This document shows, in pieces, positions 7,558 through 15,787 of a stretch of DNA of 34,268 nt. Each line of letters begins with the position of its first letter. Positions within the stretch are counted from its first letter, which is position 1. The stretch comes from Candidatus Krumholzibacteriia bacterium (GTDB lineage Bacteria > Krumholzibacteriota > Krumholzibacteriia > WVZY01): the NCBI GenBank assembly GCA_036478295.1, contig JAZGDW010000125.1, positions 1-34,268 on the forward strand, given 5' to 3'. Below the pieces are notes generated by a model, which had not been told where the DNA came from, made no database searches, and was given only the letters and a program-made list of their open reading frames with translations. The position numbers and the translations under genes were made by a program.

Positions 7558-9651
7558 CTAGTTCGCCAGGCTCTTCAGCTCGTAACTCAATCCCTGCGAA
7601 GGCACCTCTTGCTTGACCAGAACGTGGGGGGCGTCCTTGCCTAAGTAGAGATACGCATCTCCGCTTGCCCGTTGCACCTTGACCTTGTAGGTCGTGAAGG
7701 TCCCGGCGGCGGTTTCGACTTCCACCATCTCGAGAATCATCGCTTTGACGTTCTGGAGACTGCCTGTCTGGCTGTCGAGCACCGGAAAGCGGTACGACTG
7801 GTTAACTTTCAGCGGTAGACAGCCGATCGCATACTCCAGCGCGCCGTCCATAATCGTCCCGTCGACGAGCTCGAAGGCGATCTCCTTCGGTTCGGGCGAC
7901 TCGCCCCCCTGCACGGTGCCCGAAACGGCCCCGGCGGTGAACGCGAACTCGGAACCCATCGAACGCGGCCCCATCTGCATACTCGACTTGAAAGCGATGG
8001 GAGCGAAGTCCTTGGCGCTGAATTCCATGTGCTGGTCCAACGAGATCATTCCGGCGAGGCTGGACGACACGACGACGGTCTCCCCACCGTCGCCCTTCTT
8101 CTTCTCCATGGTAACGTTCATGTCGCCGAGCGTCATGCCCTGCGCCGTCACCGAGTACGTCGCCTTCATGTCCCTCAGCATCGACATATCGTAATCGTGA
8201 CTTACCGGCTCAACGGCCATCGATTCGAGCGACATGGGTTCACCGGCGATATCAAAGAGCTTTACATCCGCTACCGCGGCTACCTTGTCCTTGATCTCCA
8301 TCGCGTCACCCACCAGGACGATGTACGCGTTGTCCGGGCGCAGGTACTTGTCCATTACGCGCGATACGTCGTCGATGGTGACGGCGGCGACCCTGTCACG
8401 GTAGGACTCCAGGTCCTTCTTGCCGAGGCCGAGGAGCTTGTTCTGGGCGACCTGGGCGGCGATTCGATCCGGCGTTTCAATGGAAATGGGGAAGTTGCCG
8501 ATGAGATAGTTCTTGGCGTTCTGCAACTCGTCCGCCGTGATCGGCTCGCTCTTTATGCGCTTGATCTCCATCAGCAGCTCGACGAGCGCGCTGTCCGTCA
8601 CTGCCGTCCGTACCGGCGTGCGCGCGATAAACGTGCCCAGATCGCGCTCGCGGGCAAACCTGCTGTTGACCCGATAGGTCCACCCCTTCTCTTCGCGGAT
8701 GTTCGCGAAAAGCCTCGCGTCCGATCCGGCCCCGAGAACGCGGTTGCCCACGATCATGGCCGCCCAGTCGGGGTTGGTCGCCTTTGGGGCGAGGTGTCCG
8801 ACAAAGATCTCCGTCTGCACGGCGCCCGGCTTGTGGTAGATGTAGATTTGCGTCTTGCCCGCTTCGGGAGCGCCGCCATACGCGACAGTCTGCGGCGATC
8901 CCGCCTGCCACTCGCCGAGGTACTTCTTCATCGACTTGCGGACGTTCTTCCATTTCACATCGCCCACAACGGCAATCGTGACGTTGTTGGGCACGCAGTT
9001 CTTGTCATAGAAGGCGACCATGTCGTCACGCGTGATGGCTTCGACCGATTCCACGCTCGCTTGCTTGGAATACGGATGATCCCCGTATATGAGATTCCTC
9101 AGGTGGCGGCGAGCCATCGCCTCCGGGCTGGACAGTTCGAACTCGAGGCCTGTTTTCGCCTGCTTGCGCAGCAACTCGAGCTCCTTCTCGGGAAAGATCG
9201 GGTTGAGCAGTATGTCCTGGAGATACTGGTACGCGACGTCGAGGTATTCGCTGAGAACGGTTACGGTAATTGCCGAATAGTCCTCCTGGGAGAAACCGCC
9301 GACCGATCCGCCAACCGATTCGATCCACTCCGCCAGTTCGAGAGCGGTTCTCGTCTTGGTCCCCTTGTTGAGCTGGTCGATGGTGAACGAAGCGAGTGAC
9401 TCCTTGCCGTCGGGATCGATGGTGCTCCCGGCCCGCACGATGACGTATATCGATACCACAGGTTGCTCGTGATGCTCGACAACCAGGACCTCCATGCCGT
9501 TCTTGGTCTCGAACTCCTTGAAATCCGGAAACGACAGCTTCTTCATCTTCTCGGGTTTGGGCGGTGACTCCTTGGCGATCGATGCAGCGGCGGACAGCAC
9601 GAGGGCCCCCACCGCAATCGTCGCGAGTACAACCCTGATTCCCTGTTTCAT
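7558..9651 (-). CDS. M16B peptidase non-catalytic subunit with extra C-terminal beta-rich (DUF3108-like) domain
   Basis: Signal peptide; no HXXEH; RLFANIREEKGWTY (R/Y pair); about 210-aa extension; AGGAGG SD before ATG 9651. Confidence 0.85.
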   Translation of the reverse strand: MKQGIRVVLATIAVGALVLSAAASIAKESPPKPEKMKKLSFPDFKEFETKNGMEVLVVEHHEQPVVSIYVIVRAGSTIDPDGKESLASFTIDQLNKGTKTRTALELAEWIESVGGSVGGFSQEDYSAITVTVLSEYLDVAYQYLQDILLNPIFPEKELELLRKQAKTGLEFELSSPEAMARRHLRNLIYGDHPYSKQASVESVEAITRDDMVAFYDKNCVPNNVTIAVVGDVKWKNVRKSMKKYLGEWQAGSPQTVAYGGAPEAGKTQIYIYHKPGAVQTEIFVGHLAPKATNPDWAAMIVGNRVLGAGSDARLFANIREEKGWTYRVNSRFARERDLGTFIARTPVRTAVTDSALVELLMEIKRIKSEPITADELQNAKNYLIGNFPISIETPDRIAAQVAQNKLLGLGKKDLESYRDRVAAVTIDDVSRVMDKYLRPDNAYIVLVGDAMEIKDKVAAVADVKLFDIAGEPMSLESMAVEPVSHDYDMSMLRDMKATYSVTAQGMTLGDMNVTMEKKKGDGGETVVVSSSLAGMISLDQHMEFSAKDFAPIAFKSSMQMGPRSMGSEFAFTAGAVSGTVQGGESPEPKEIAFELVDGTIMDGALEYAIGCLPLKVNQSYRFPVLDSQTGSLQNVKAMILEMVEVETAAGTFTTYKVKVQRASGDAYLYLGKDAPHVLVKQEVPSQGLSYELKSLAN

Positions 9652-9714
9652 ATCTCTTTTCCTCCTGTTATGGATGCGCGGCACCGGCACACAACGTCCG
9701 GACCGCGCGGCACA

Positions 9715-11052
9715 CTATCCCTTCGATGCCGGATTCGCGATGACCACGGTCCGGTTCTCCTTGGTAAAATACTTATTGGCGACGCGAATAATATCTTCTC
9801 GCGTCACCGCCATGTACTTGGCCAGATCGCTGTTGATATCGGCGAGCGTACCGTGGAAGTACGCGTAGTGCTGAAGGGCTTCCGCCTTGCTCATGACGGT
9901 TTGTCTGCCCTGAATGAAGTCGGACTTGAACTGGATTTTCGCCTTCTCCAATTCCTTGCCGCCGATCCCGTCCACCCTGACCTTTTCGATCTCCTCGTAG
10001 ATGAGGTCCTCGCACGTGCCGATGTCTACGCCGACGTTGGACAAGGTGATAAAGCGGAACACGCTCGGACCCTTGCGCGAGTCCGAACCACCAAAGACGA
10101 TTACCGCGGCTTCCTCCTCTTTGACCAGGCGCTTGTACATCCGACTCGATTCCCCGTCGGTGAGGATCTTGCCGAGCAGCTCGAGGGCCGGTGTGTCCGC
10201 GTGAAGGTGCGTGGGGGTCATGAAATTGATAAAAACGGCCGGGACGTTGGCGTTCTTGTCGTCGATCGTCATCCTCCGCTCCGCGGTGTGCGGCGGCTCG
10301 GTACCTGTGAGCGGCTCAACCCCTTGCCCGCGCGGTATGTTGCCGAAGTACTTCTCGACCATTTTCTTGGTTTTCTTCCTGTCGATGTCGCCGACCAGTG
10401 TGAGGACGGCGTTGTCGGAGCTGTAGTAGAGATTGAAAAACTTCTGAACATCACTGACTTCCGCGGCATCGAGATCGACCATCTTGCCGATCACCGTGTG
10501 ACTGTACGGCTTGTAATCGAAGGCCAGCGTATCGACAGTGAGAAACGCCGCGCCGTAAGGCTGGTTGTCGATGCGCATCAGGCGCTCTTCCTTGACCGCG
10601 TTGCGCTGGTTCTCAAAATTCTCTTTGGTTACGTTGAGGGAACGCATCCGGTCCGCCTCGAGCCACAGTCCCAGGTTCAGCTGGTGGGACGGCATCACTT
10701 CGAAATAGAGCGTCCGGTCTTCGTTGGTGGTACCGTTGACGTTTCCGCCCGCTCTTTGCACGAAGTTGGAGTGCTCGCGTTTTGCCACGTTTTCGGATCC
10801 CTGAAACATCATGTGCTCGAAGAGATGCGCGAACCCGCTTCGTCCATCCTCCTCGTGGGCGCTGCCCACGTGGTACCAAACATTAATCGCGACAATCGGT
10901 ACCGAATGGTCCTCCGAGAGGATGACACGAAGGCCATTGGGTAGCGTGTAGTCTTCGTACTCGATATGGCCTGGTTTCTTTCCGGCAAGAACCACCAGCG
11001 CGGAAAGGACCACCAGGGCAACGAGCACGCCCGTTCCGATGAGTCTTTTCAT
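9715..11052 (-). CDS. M16B zinc peptidase catalytic subunit (pitrilysin family)
   Basis: GFAHLFEHMMF (HXXEH), AVKEER; signal peptide; GGAGG SD before ATG 11052. Confidence 0.93.
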   Translation of the reverse strand: MKRLIGTGVLVALVVLSALVVLAGKKPGHIEYEDYTLPNGLRVILSEDHSVPIVAINVWYHVGSAHEEDGRSGFAHLFEHMMFQGSENVAKREHSNFVQRAGGNVNGTTNEDRTLYFEVMPSHQLNLGLWLEADRMRSLNVTKENFENQRNAVKEERLMRIDNQPYGAAFLTVDTLAFDYKPYSHTVIGKMVDLDAAEVSDVQKFFNLYYSSDNAVLTLVGDIDRKKTKKMVEKYFGNIPRGQGVEPLTGTEPPHTAERRMTIDDKNANVPAVFINFMTPTHLHADTPALELLGKILTDGESSRMYKRLVKEEEAAVIVFGGSDSRKGPSVFRFITLSNVGVDIGTCEDLIYEEIEKVRVDGIGGKELEKAKIQFKSDFIQGRQTVMSKAEALQHYAYFHGTLADINSDLAKYMAVTREDIIRVANKYFTKENRTVVIANPASKG

Positions 11053-11167
11053 GAAGCCTCCAAGATATGGAAAGTGATTGTAGAATACAAAAGCCCGCAG
11101 GACCCTACCCGCCTGCATCATAATACTGACTACGAACTCATGGGGAATTTGTTCTAAGGGCCCGCTA

Positions 11168-11196
11168 TTTATACTGGAAATCGGGACCCGTGTCAA
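11168..11196 (-). promoter_or_regulatory. sigma70 promoter for the M16 operon
   Basis: Minus strand TTGACA-17 bp-TATAAA. Confidence 0.65.
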
Positions 11197-11253
11197 GTTG
11201 GAGATACCGGCACGCGGTGCGACTACCGGCGATGGGTCTTCTCCCCAAACCCC

Positions 11254-11282
11254 TTGAAAAAACACAACTTTTGGACTATGCT
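11254..11282 (+). promoter_or_regulatory. sigma70 promoter for the dehydrogenase operon (near-leaderless)
   Basis: TTGAAA-17 bp-TATGCT, 9 nt before ATG 11292; no SD. Confidence 0.55.
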
Positions 11283-11291
11283 GGCCTGACT

Positions 11292-12749
11292 ATGGCGCGC
11301 CGGCCCGTCATCTTCTACTTCGAGAATCAGCCGCTGCAGGGCGTCGAGGGCGAACCCATTGCCAAAGCCCTGTTTACGGCCGGCATCAAGACGCTGTCCT
11401 GGAGCGTCAAGTACAAACGCCCGAGGGGTATCCACTGCGCGCGCGGCCGCTGCATCATGTGTCACATGGAGGTGGATGGGGTGCCCGGCGTGCCCACTTG
11501 TCTCGCGCCGCTACGGGAGGGCATGAGCGTGCGGTGCGAGAATTTCAGACCTTTTTTCGCCCCCCTGTTGATTTCGGCGATAAATAAGCTCCGTTTTCCC
11601 GCGGGCTTTTACTACCGGATGTTCACCCGCCCGGCTTTCCTGCGAACACTCTTTCTGGCAAGTCTCCGCCGTATGGCCGGTGTGGGGCGGATCGTGGTGA
11701 ACGGCCCCCGGCCGCAAAAGATCCCACGGCCTGCCGTGCGGTCACCGTCGGATTCATACGGCGTGGTGGTGGTGGGCGCTGGACTTTCGGGGATGTCGGC
11801 AGCGCTGGCGGCGGCCAACCGGGGCGCAAAAGTTCTGCTGGTCGATGAATACGGACGGCCCGGCGGGCACTCGATCGGTTATCAAACCGACTCCGAGCTC
11901 GTTTCCCAACGGGACCAGTGTGTCACGCAGGTGGAATTCAGTACCTCGATCGACTACTGTCCGCGCACGACGGCGCAGGCCTTCTATCCCCCCGACACGC
12001 TGCTGCTCGGTCCGGGGGGCGCCCTTGCACTCGAGCAAACCTTTGACCGGAGTCCCGTGGATACGCCGCCCGGCCGCGTGGCCCTCGCCGCCGGTCTGAA
12101 AAAGGTGCGCGCGAAATCGTTCATCTTCGCCACCGGCGCCTACGACGTCATTCCGGTTTTCCAGAACGGCGATTTGCCAGGGGTTTTCGGCCCGAGGGCG
12201 ATTCGTCTCCTGCTCGAACGCGACCGGCTCAAACCGGGACACCGCGCGGTGGTGTACGGTATCGGAAGTGTGCTGCGCGATGTCACCGCTTTGCTTGTTC
12301 ACCACGACATCCAGATCGTCGCCGTTGTGGACGCGGACCCCAACCCGGCAGGCGGTGTGCGGCGCGCGTTGCCCGACGGCACGCGCTGGATCCAGCAGGG
12401 GCGCGTCGTGCGGGCCGACGGTGGGCGTTGGCTGACGTCGGTCACCGCGAGCGGCCGGGACCGGAGAGCCGGGCGGACGTCCACGGAGAAACTCTCGTGT
12501 GACCTGTTGTGTACGGCGTTCGCCGGACAGGGCGCGTACGAGCTGCCTTACCAGGCGGGATTCCGGTTCGAGCTGTCCGAAGACGCCGTGCACGAAAACC
12601 GGGTCCTGCTTCCCGACAAGAGCAAAGTGAAATCGGGTCCCGTGACGTGTTATGTGGTGGGTGAAGCAGCCGCACAGCAAACGTGGCAGCAGAAGATGAC
12701 GGCGGCCGAAGAATCCGGGAGCAAGGCACCCCAATCTCTCGAAACCTAG
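11292..12749 (+). CDS. Proline dehydrogenase/sarcosine oxidase alpha-like subunit (2Fe-2S + FAD/NAD-binding)
   Basis: KYKRPRGIHCARGRCIMC...C, PAGFYYRMF, VVVGAGLSG, FATGA, NGDLPGV. Confidence 0.85.
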   Translation: MARRPVIFYFENQPLQGVEGEPIAKALFTAGIKTLSWSVKYKRPRGIHCARGRCIMCHMEVDGVPGVPTCLAPLREGMSVRCENFRPFFAPLLISAINKLRFPAGFYYRMFTRPAFLRTLFLASLRRMAGVGRIVVNGPRPQKIPRPAVRSPSDSYGVVVVGAGLSGMSAALAAANRGAKVLLVDEYGRPGGHSIGYQTDSELVSQRDQCVTQVEFSTSIDYCPRTTAQAFYPPDTLLLGPGGALALEQTFDRSPVDTPPGRVALAAGLKKVRAKSFIFATGAYDVIPVFQNGDLPGVFGPRAIRLLLERDRLKPGHRAVVYGIGSVLRDVTALLVHHDIQIVAVVDADPNPAGGVRRALPDGTRWIQQGRVVRADGGRWLTSVTASGRDRRAGRTSTEKLSCDLLCTAFAGQGAYELPYQAGFRFELSEDAVHENRVLLPDKSKVKSGPVTCYVVGEAAAQQTWQQKMTAAEESGSKAPQSLET

Positions 12750-12758
12750 GAAGGATCG

Positions 12759-13157
12759 ATGCCAAAGACCATTCTATGTCATTGCGAGGACGTCGAGATC
12801 GGTGAGCTCTACTCGGCCCTCGCGCAGGGCTACGGGGACATAGAGACCTTGAAACGGTACACCGGAATCGGCACCGGCAAATGCCAGGGCAAATGCTGCT
12901 TCTTGCAGACGCTTCGCATTCTGGCCGCGCTGAAGTCCGGGGCAGCCGGGTCGGGCGGAACCGAACCAGAGTCGGTCGCCGCCGGGCGGTCGCCGCTGAA
13001 GTCCGGAGCTGCCGGGTGGCGTGCCCAGCGGTCGGAAGCGGCCGGCTCGAGGCCACCGCAGCTCGCGGGTGATGTCGGCGCCATTCGAGTACCCACGCTG
13101 CGACCACCGGTTCTGCCGCTACGAATCGACGACATCGTGGACGGGGAGTGGTCATGA
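12759..13157 (+). CDS. BFD-like [2Fe-2S]-binding subunit with low-complexity insertion
   Basis: CHCEDV...LKRYTGIGTGKCQGKCC...RPPV; AGGA SD. Confidence 0.85.
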   Translation: MPKTILCHCEDVEIGELYSALAQGYGDIETLKRYTGIGTGKCQGKCCFLQTLRILAALKSGAAGSGGTEPESVAAGRSPLKSGAAGWRAQRSEAAGSRPPQLAGDVGAIRVPTLRPPVLPLRIDDIVDGEWS

Positions 13158-14299
13158 TCCAGCGTGCGGAAGTCGTCGTTATCGGCGGGGGCGTCAACGG
13201 CCTGGCGTGCGCCTACAACCTTGCCAAGAGCGGCATGACGGATATCGTGGTGCTCGAGAAAGGCTACCTGGGCACGGGCGCCACGGGGCGCTGCGGAGCG
13301 GGAATCCGCCAGCAATGGGGAATGGAAGAAAACATCCTCCTGGCGCGTGAGAGTGTCAAGATATTCGAACAGCTCTCTGATGAGTTGGGCTTCAATACGT
13401 TTTTTCGTCAGGGTGGCTATTTGATTCTTATCTCCGACGAAAAAGAATACGAGCTGATCAAGTCGACCATTCCCAAACAAAACAAACTCGACGTGCCCAC
13501 GCGGATGATGACGCGGCAGGAGATTGTCTCCTTTGTCCCGGGAATAAACGTCGACGGCCTACTGGGAGGTGCCTACTGCCCCACGGACGGCACCGCGTAT
13601 CCTTACGCCGTGCTCTGGGGATACGGCGAAGCGGCGAGGAAACGCGGCGTGGACATCAAATTGAATAGGACGGTGACGGAGGTGTCGCAGCTCGATCGCG
13701 GAGGATACCGAATCGTTACCAACGAGGACACCTACGAGGCGCCGATCATGATCAATGTGGCCGGCGCCCGTACCAAGGACATCGCCGCACAGCTCGGCAT
13801 AAATATTCCGACGGAGCCACACCTGCACGAGATAGCGGTGACCGAAGCGGTCAAGGCGTTTCTGGAGCCGATGATTATCTCTCTCAAGAAGGGTTTCTAT
13901 TTCTCGCAGAGCCTGCGCGGCGAAATCGTCGGCGGAATCGGCGACGACCACCAGGAACCCACGTATAGTAATGCCTCGTCGGCGGATTTTCTCTTCAAGT
14001 ACGCGTCCGCGCTGCGCGAAACCATTCCCGCGCTCGGCAAGATACGGATCATCCGCCAGTGGGCGGGACTCTACGACATGTCACCGGACGCCCGTCCCAT
14101 CATCGGCACGGTGGACGGCTACGATGGGTACTACCACGCCTGCGGTTTCAGCGGTCACGGGTTCATGCTGAGCCCGATCATCGCGCGTCTGCTCTGCGAG
14201 CGCATCACCACGGGCGAGACCTCGATCCCCATAGACAACCTCAGCCTGAGCCGGTTTTCCGGCGGCACGCTGGTAAAGGACCCGTACGTAGTGGGGTAG
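13154..14299 (+). CDS. FAD-dependent oxidoreductase, proline dehydrogenase/sarcosine oxidase beta-like subunit
   Basis: VVIGGGVNG, GATGRCGAGIRQQW, RQWAGLYDMSPD, GFSGHGFM; ATGA coupling with the upstream stop. Confidence 0.9.
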   Translation: MIQRAEVVVIGGGVNGLACAYNLAKSGMTDIVVLEKGYLGTGATGRCGAGIRQQWGMEENILLARESVKIFEQLSDELGFNTFFRQGGYLILISDEKEYELIKSTIPKQNKLDVPTRMMTRQEIVSFVPGINVDGLLGGAYCPTDGTAYPYAVLWGYGEAARKRGVDIKLNRTVTEVSQLDRGGYRIVTNEDTYEAPIMINVAGARTKDIAAQLGINIPTEPHLHEIAVTEAVKAFLEPMIISLKKGFYFSQSLRGEIVGGIGDDHQEPTYSNASSADFLFKYASALRETIPALGKIRIIRQWAGLYDMSPDARPIIGTVDGYDGYYHACGFSGHGFMLSPIIARLLCERITTGETSIPIDNLSLSRFSGGTLVKDPYVVG

Positions 14300-14445
14300 C
14301 ACGGTGCAGCGCCTGTGGTACCGCCTCTTGTAGGTCCCGTATGTAGTGGGGTAGGAGTCACGGCGAAGGGCCAGTAATACCGTCTCTTTTAGGTCCCGCA
14401 TGTAGTGGGGTAGGAGTCGTGGCGCACGGCCCGTAGTATTACCGC
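14277..14445 (+). repeat. Three degenerate 55-59-bp tandem copies beginning with the 3' end of the FAD oxidoreductase gene
   Basis: AGG(A/T)CCCG(T/C)A(C/T)GTAGTGGGGTAG at 14277, 14332 and 14391; the intervening parts are also similar (…TACCG). Confidence 0.85.
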
Positions 14446-14457
14446 AAGGAGAAAACC

Positions 14458-15276
14458 ATGGAATCGGTTCTGGAGCAGATCATCCCGTACGTAGCCACCT
14501 ACGGCCTCAAGGTTATCGGCGCGGTCCTCATACTGATTCTCGGCCGCTTTGCCGCGGGCTTCGCCCGGCGTATTGTGCGCCGGCTGCTGTCGCGGGCCCA
14601 GGTGGACAACTCCATCATTTCCTTTGCCTGCAGTCTGTCGTACGCGATGGTACTGACGTTCGCCGTGCTCGCGTCGCTCGCCAAATTCGGGGTGGAAACA
14701 ACCTCGTTCGTGGCCGTCATGGGCGCCGCCGGCTTTGCGATCGGCTTCGCCCTTCAGGGATCGCTGGCTAATTTCGCGGCGGGAATCCTCGTCCTCGTTC
14801 TAAAACCGTACCGCGTCGGCGATACCGTCGAGGGGGCAGGGGTCAAGGGCTCGGTGAAAAAGATTACGCTGTTCAACACCGTGCTCCATACCGGCGACAA
14901 CGTTCGGATACTCGTGCCCAACGGCAAGATGTACGGCGACGTGATCAAGAACTATTCCTCGAACCCGACCCGGCGCATCGACCTCGTCATCGGTATCGGC
15001 TACGACTCTTCCATCAAGAAGGCACGCGATATTCTGGATAAGATTATCAGCGGCGAAGAACGGATCTTGTCGGATCCAGCGCCGAGCATCGCCGTCGCCG
15101 AGCTGGCCGACTCCAGCGTTAATTTTGTCGTGCGGCCGTGGGTCAAACGAGAGGACCACTGGGCGGTCCGCTGTGAGCTTCTTGAAACCATCAAAGAGAA
15201 GTTCGACAAGGCCGGCATCGAAATTCCCTTTCCCCAGCAGACCGTGCACATCGTGCGTTCCGACGCGGCGGAGTAG
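14458..15276 (+). CDS. mscS: Small-conductance mechanosensitive channel
   Basis: GAAGFAIGFALQGSLANFAAG, KPYRVGD, VPNG, ELADSSVN, GIEIPFPQ. Confidence 0.95.
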   Translation: MESVLEQIIPYVATYGLKVIGAVLILILGRFAAGFARRIVRRLLSRAQVDNSIISFACSLSYAMVLTFAVLASLAKFGVETTSFVAVMGAAGFAIGFALQGSLANFAAGILVLVLKPYRVGDTVEGAGVKGSVKKITLFNTVLHTGDNVRILVPNGKMYGDVIKNYSSNPTRRIDLVIGIGYDSSIKKARDILDKIISGEERILSDPAPSIAVAELADSSVNFVVRPWVKREDHWAVRCELLETIKEKFDKAGIEIPFPQQTVHIVRSDAAE

Positions 15277-15293
15277 ACTCGCGTTCGCAGGTG

Positions 15294-15501
15294 TCGCGGA
15301 CGTCCCGCTACGATAGTTTTTATCGCGGCGGTGCGCCCTGCTGCCGCCGGGGTGTTTATTCTCATCGCGGCGGTAGTTTCGCGGACGTCCCGTTACGATA
15401 CCCGCCTGGCCGGAGTTGAACCCGTTCTGCGGTGGCTTTTCGCATCTTCATCACGGAAGTGGGCCCCGTTTACGCCCGCGTGTTCGTTCTCATCGCGGCG
15501 G
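15294..15501 (+). repeat. Interleaved direct repeats upstream of the HNH gene
   Basis: TCGCGGACGTCCCG(C/T)TACGATA at 15294 and 15379; GTGTT(TA/CG)TTCTCATCGCGGCGG at 15352 and 15480; partial ATCGCGGCGG at 15322. Confidence 0.75.
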
Positions 15502-15787
15502 CGTACCAGCGCCGGTAATAAAAAAACAAGTTCGTCGCGAGTTTTTCTTGACAGGTATTTGTGCGCGTTTTTGGTGAAGACGTGGATACATGCGTGTACA
15601 GCTGCTAATTGCGCGTGGCACGCTTCCCCGTCTCCGCAATCGCTAACGAATCGAAATCGTCGCGACTGCCGGTGATCGACCGTTTCGGGCCCGCTCCCGC
15701 GGTCCCGAAACCCCATGTTATATTGTTCTTGCTACAGCGTTCCTCCCCGCTGTGAGTTGTCGTTGTTCTCACGCGAGGAGGTACGTC

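Noticed and set aside
15616..15631. TGGCACG as a sigma54 promoter for the HNH gene
   Set aside because: No GC at the -12 position (reads CCCG)
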